64,000 nucleotides of DNA from Octopus sinensis (lineage: Eukaryota). Below the pieces are notes generated by a model, which had not been told where the DNA came from, did not search any database, and was given only the letters and a program-made list of their open reading frames with translations. The DNA lies in assembly GCF_006345805.1 (NCBI RefSeq), contig NC_043002.1, forward strand, positions 85,064,001 through 85,128,000. Direction: 5' to 3'. Of the stretch, positions 62,461 through 64,000 are shown piece by piece (the first letter of the stretch is position 1; the number at the start of each line of letters is the position of its first letter). The position numbers were made by a program, and so were the translations under genes.

Positions 62461-62964
62461 GTACGGTAAATAAACAGCAGCAAAAATTCATTTAGCAGCA
62501 CATTTTATTGTTAATTGATATGAACTTAATCTGAAATAACAATGATGTTTTAGCAATAGATGAAAGGGTATCGATTTGAAATCCAAAAACCATGTATAGA
62601 TTTTAACAAGGTAAATAACTCTTTGTTACAAATAATGATTATTTCCCTTATGCTTGAACAGTGAGTGGTTTTGATTTTCTTGTGTTTACTTTTTCTAAAT
62701 AACTTCTTTCTTTTTTTGAAGGGTTGTACTTTTTAGTTAATGAAATTGACAAGTGCATTACTGAAACTGTTTCATCATCTTCGGAGAAAGCTAAAAGCGA
62801 TAACATTGGAACACAGAATAAAGAAGCGTAAAACTATATACAGTAACATATAATGCACGAACCACTAAACGAACTTCCCAAAATCAATCACTTACATGAC
62901 GCAACAAGACTACAAAATAAACTGTGATTGAAGTACATCATAGTTCCACAACAATTCATTCAGG

Positions 62965-63597
62965 GGATCTTTTCCTTTTGAACGGCAGATGTCAACACAA
63001 TTTCTAGTTAACTAAACACTTTTAAACTTCGTATAGTGGTAGAATGTGTTTATAAAACATCATTTTCTCTTCGTTTTATTGAGAAAATTCTATAGTTTGT
63101 AAGATATTTCGTCTGAAAATCCGAGCATTTCGGCAATTTTAACCAATCGATTACCTCCATTCAACTAAACTCATTTGCTGCATCTAAAACTGAGACAACA
63201 TCCTGTAACTAACCCTAAACCTCCCCCCTAACCCTAACCCTTTTTTTTCTTAATTGTTAAATTAATTTAATTCCATTGCTTTAGTTTTTTTTTACACGCG
63301 TAACAATTAAATTAATTTAACAATTAAGAAAAAAATTTAGGGTTAGGGTTAGAGGGAGGTTTAGGGTTAGTTACAGGATGTTGTCTCAGTTTTAGACGCA
63401 GCAAATGATTTTAGCTCAAAAGAGAGCATAGGATTGGTTAAAATTCGAAAAATTAAACTACGTTAAACAAACAAATTACAATTTTCTCAAAAAAGCCAAG
63501 AGAAAAAATGTTTTATTTTGACACATTCTACCAGTATACGAAGTTTTAAAGTGTTTAGTTAACTAGAAATTGTCTGCCATTCAAAAGAAAAAGATCC
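62965..63597. mobile_element. Fold-back relative of the GGATC MITE with ~305-bp inverted arms
   Basis: TSD cattcagg at 62957-62964 and 63598-63605; arms meet around 63272-63305. Confidence 0.85.
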
Positions 63598-63756
63598 CAT
63601 TCAGGTAACCACTGCATGGAATATAAGGTGTAGTTCTCAGCCGAGTGAAGAAACTTCATATCATGAGTCATATACTGCACCTAGTCGTAGGTCTACTCGA
63701 TCACAGCATATCTGAGGGCTATCCAACAAAAGCTGCAACAGCACCAAACAATTTAT

Positions 63757-64000
63757 GGATCTTTTCGGTTTGAACGGCAGTTTTTTCTAGCGGTGTCATA
63801 TGAAATTGTCACCCGTAATTATGACCCAAGTATCGATCTATTGCATTTCAATCTATTTTAGGGTTAGGGTTAGGGGGGAGTATCTTTTTTTCTTCACAAA
63901 TATAAATAAACCCAATCTGTTTCTTAAACGAGGGACCTATTCATACGGCACAGAATGTTTTTTTTTACCTTAATAGACGTCAGTGATTGGTTGAAATTGC
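63757..64000 (+). mobile_element. GGATC-TIR MITE copy, runs off the window
   Basis: Homologous to 39550-39800. Confidence 0.88.

Overview
Repeat-saturated, AT-rich eukaryotic (animal) DNA. The SINE families, microsatellite load and element mix look like a coleoid cephalopod, probably Octopus (inference). No intact protein-coding gene is evident; there are only a few weak candidate exons. The window is a patchwork of tRNA-type SINEs, (TA)n/(CA)n/(ATT)n/(GATA)n microsatellites, decayed DNA transposons (mariner, Tc1, IS630-like, hAT/Buster, MITEs with 8-bp TSDs), L1/Tx1-like, RTE-like and HERO-like LINE fragments, and several Penelope-like (GIY-YIG) retroelement remnants. The main unexplained signal is about 18 type I hammerhead ribozyme (HHR) motifs from at least 6 distinct short families. 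Most sit in divergent, 5'-joined inverted pairs. Eight of them form a 4.5-kb array of ~580-bp units (33114-37634) with an internal inversion, flanked by a 14-bp direct repeat that looks like a target-site duplication; it resembles a retrozyme/pLTR concatemer inserted in one event. Three families carry a CCGA rather than CUGA catalytic core. There is also a U6 snRNA-retroposon-tail chimera with a 5-bp TSD inside the hAT transposase. Folds were worked out by hand, and the boundaries of decayed elements are approximate.
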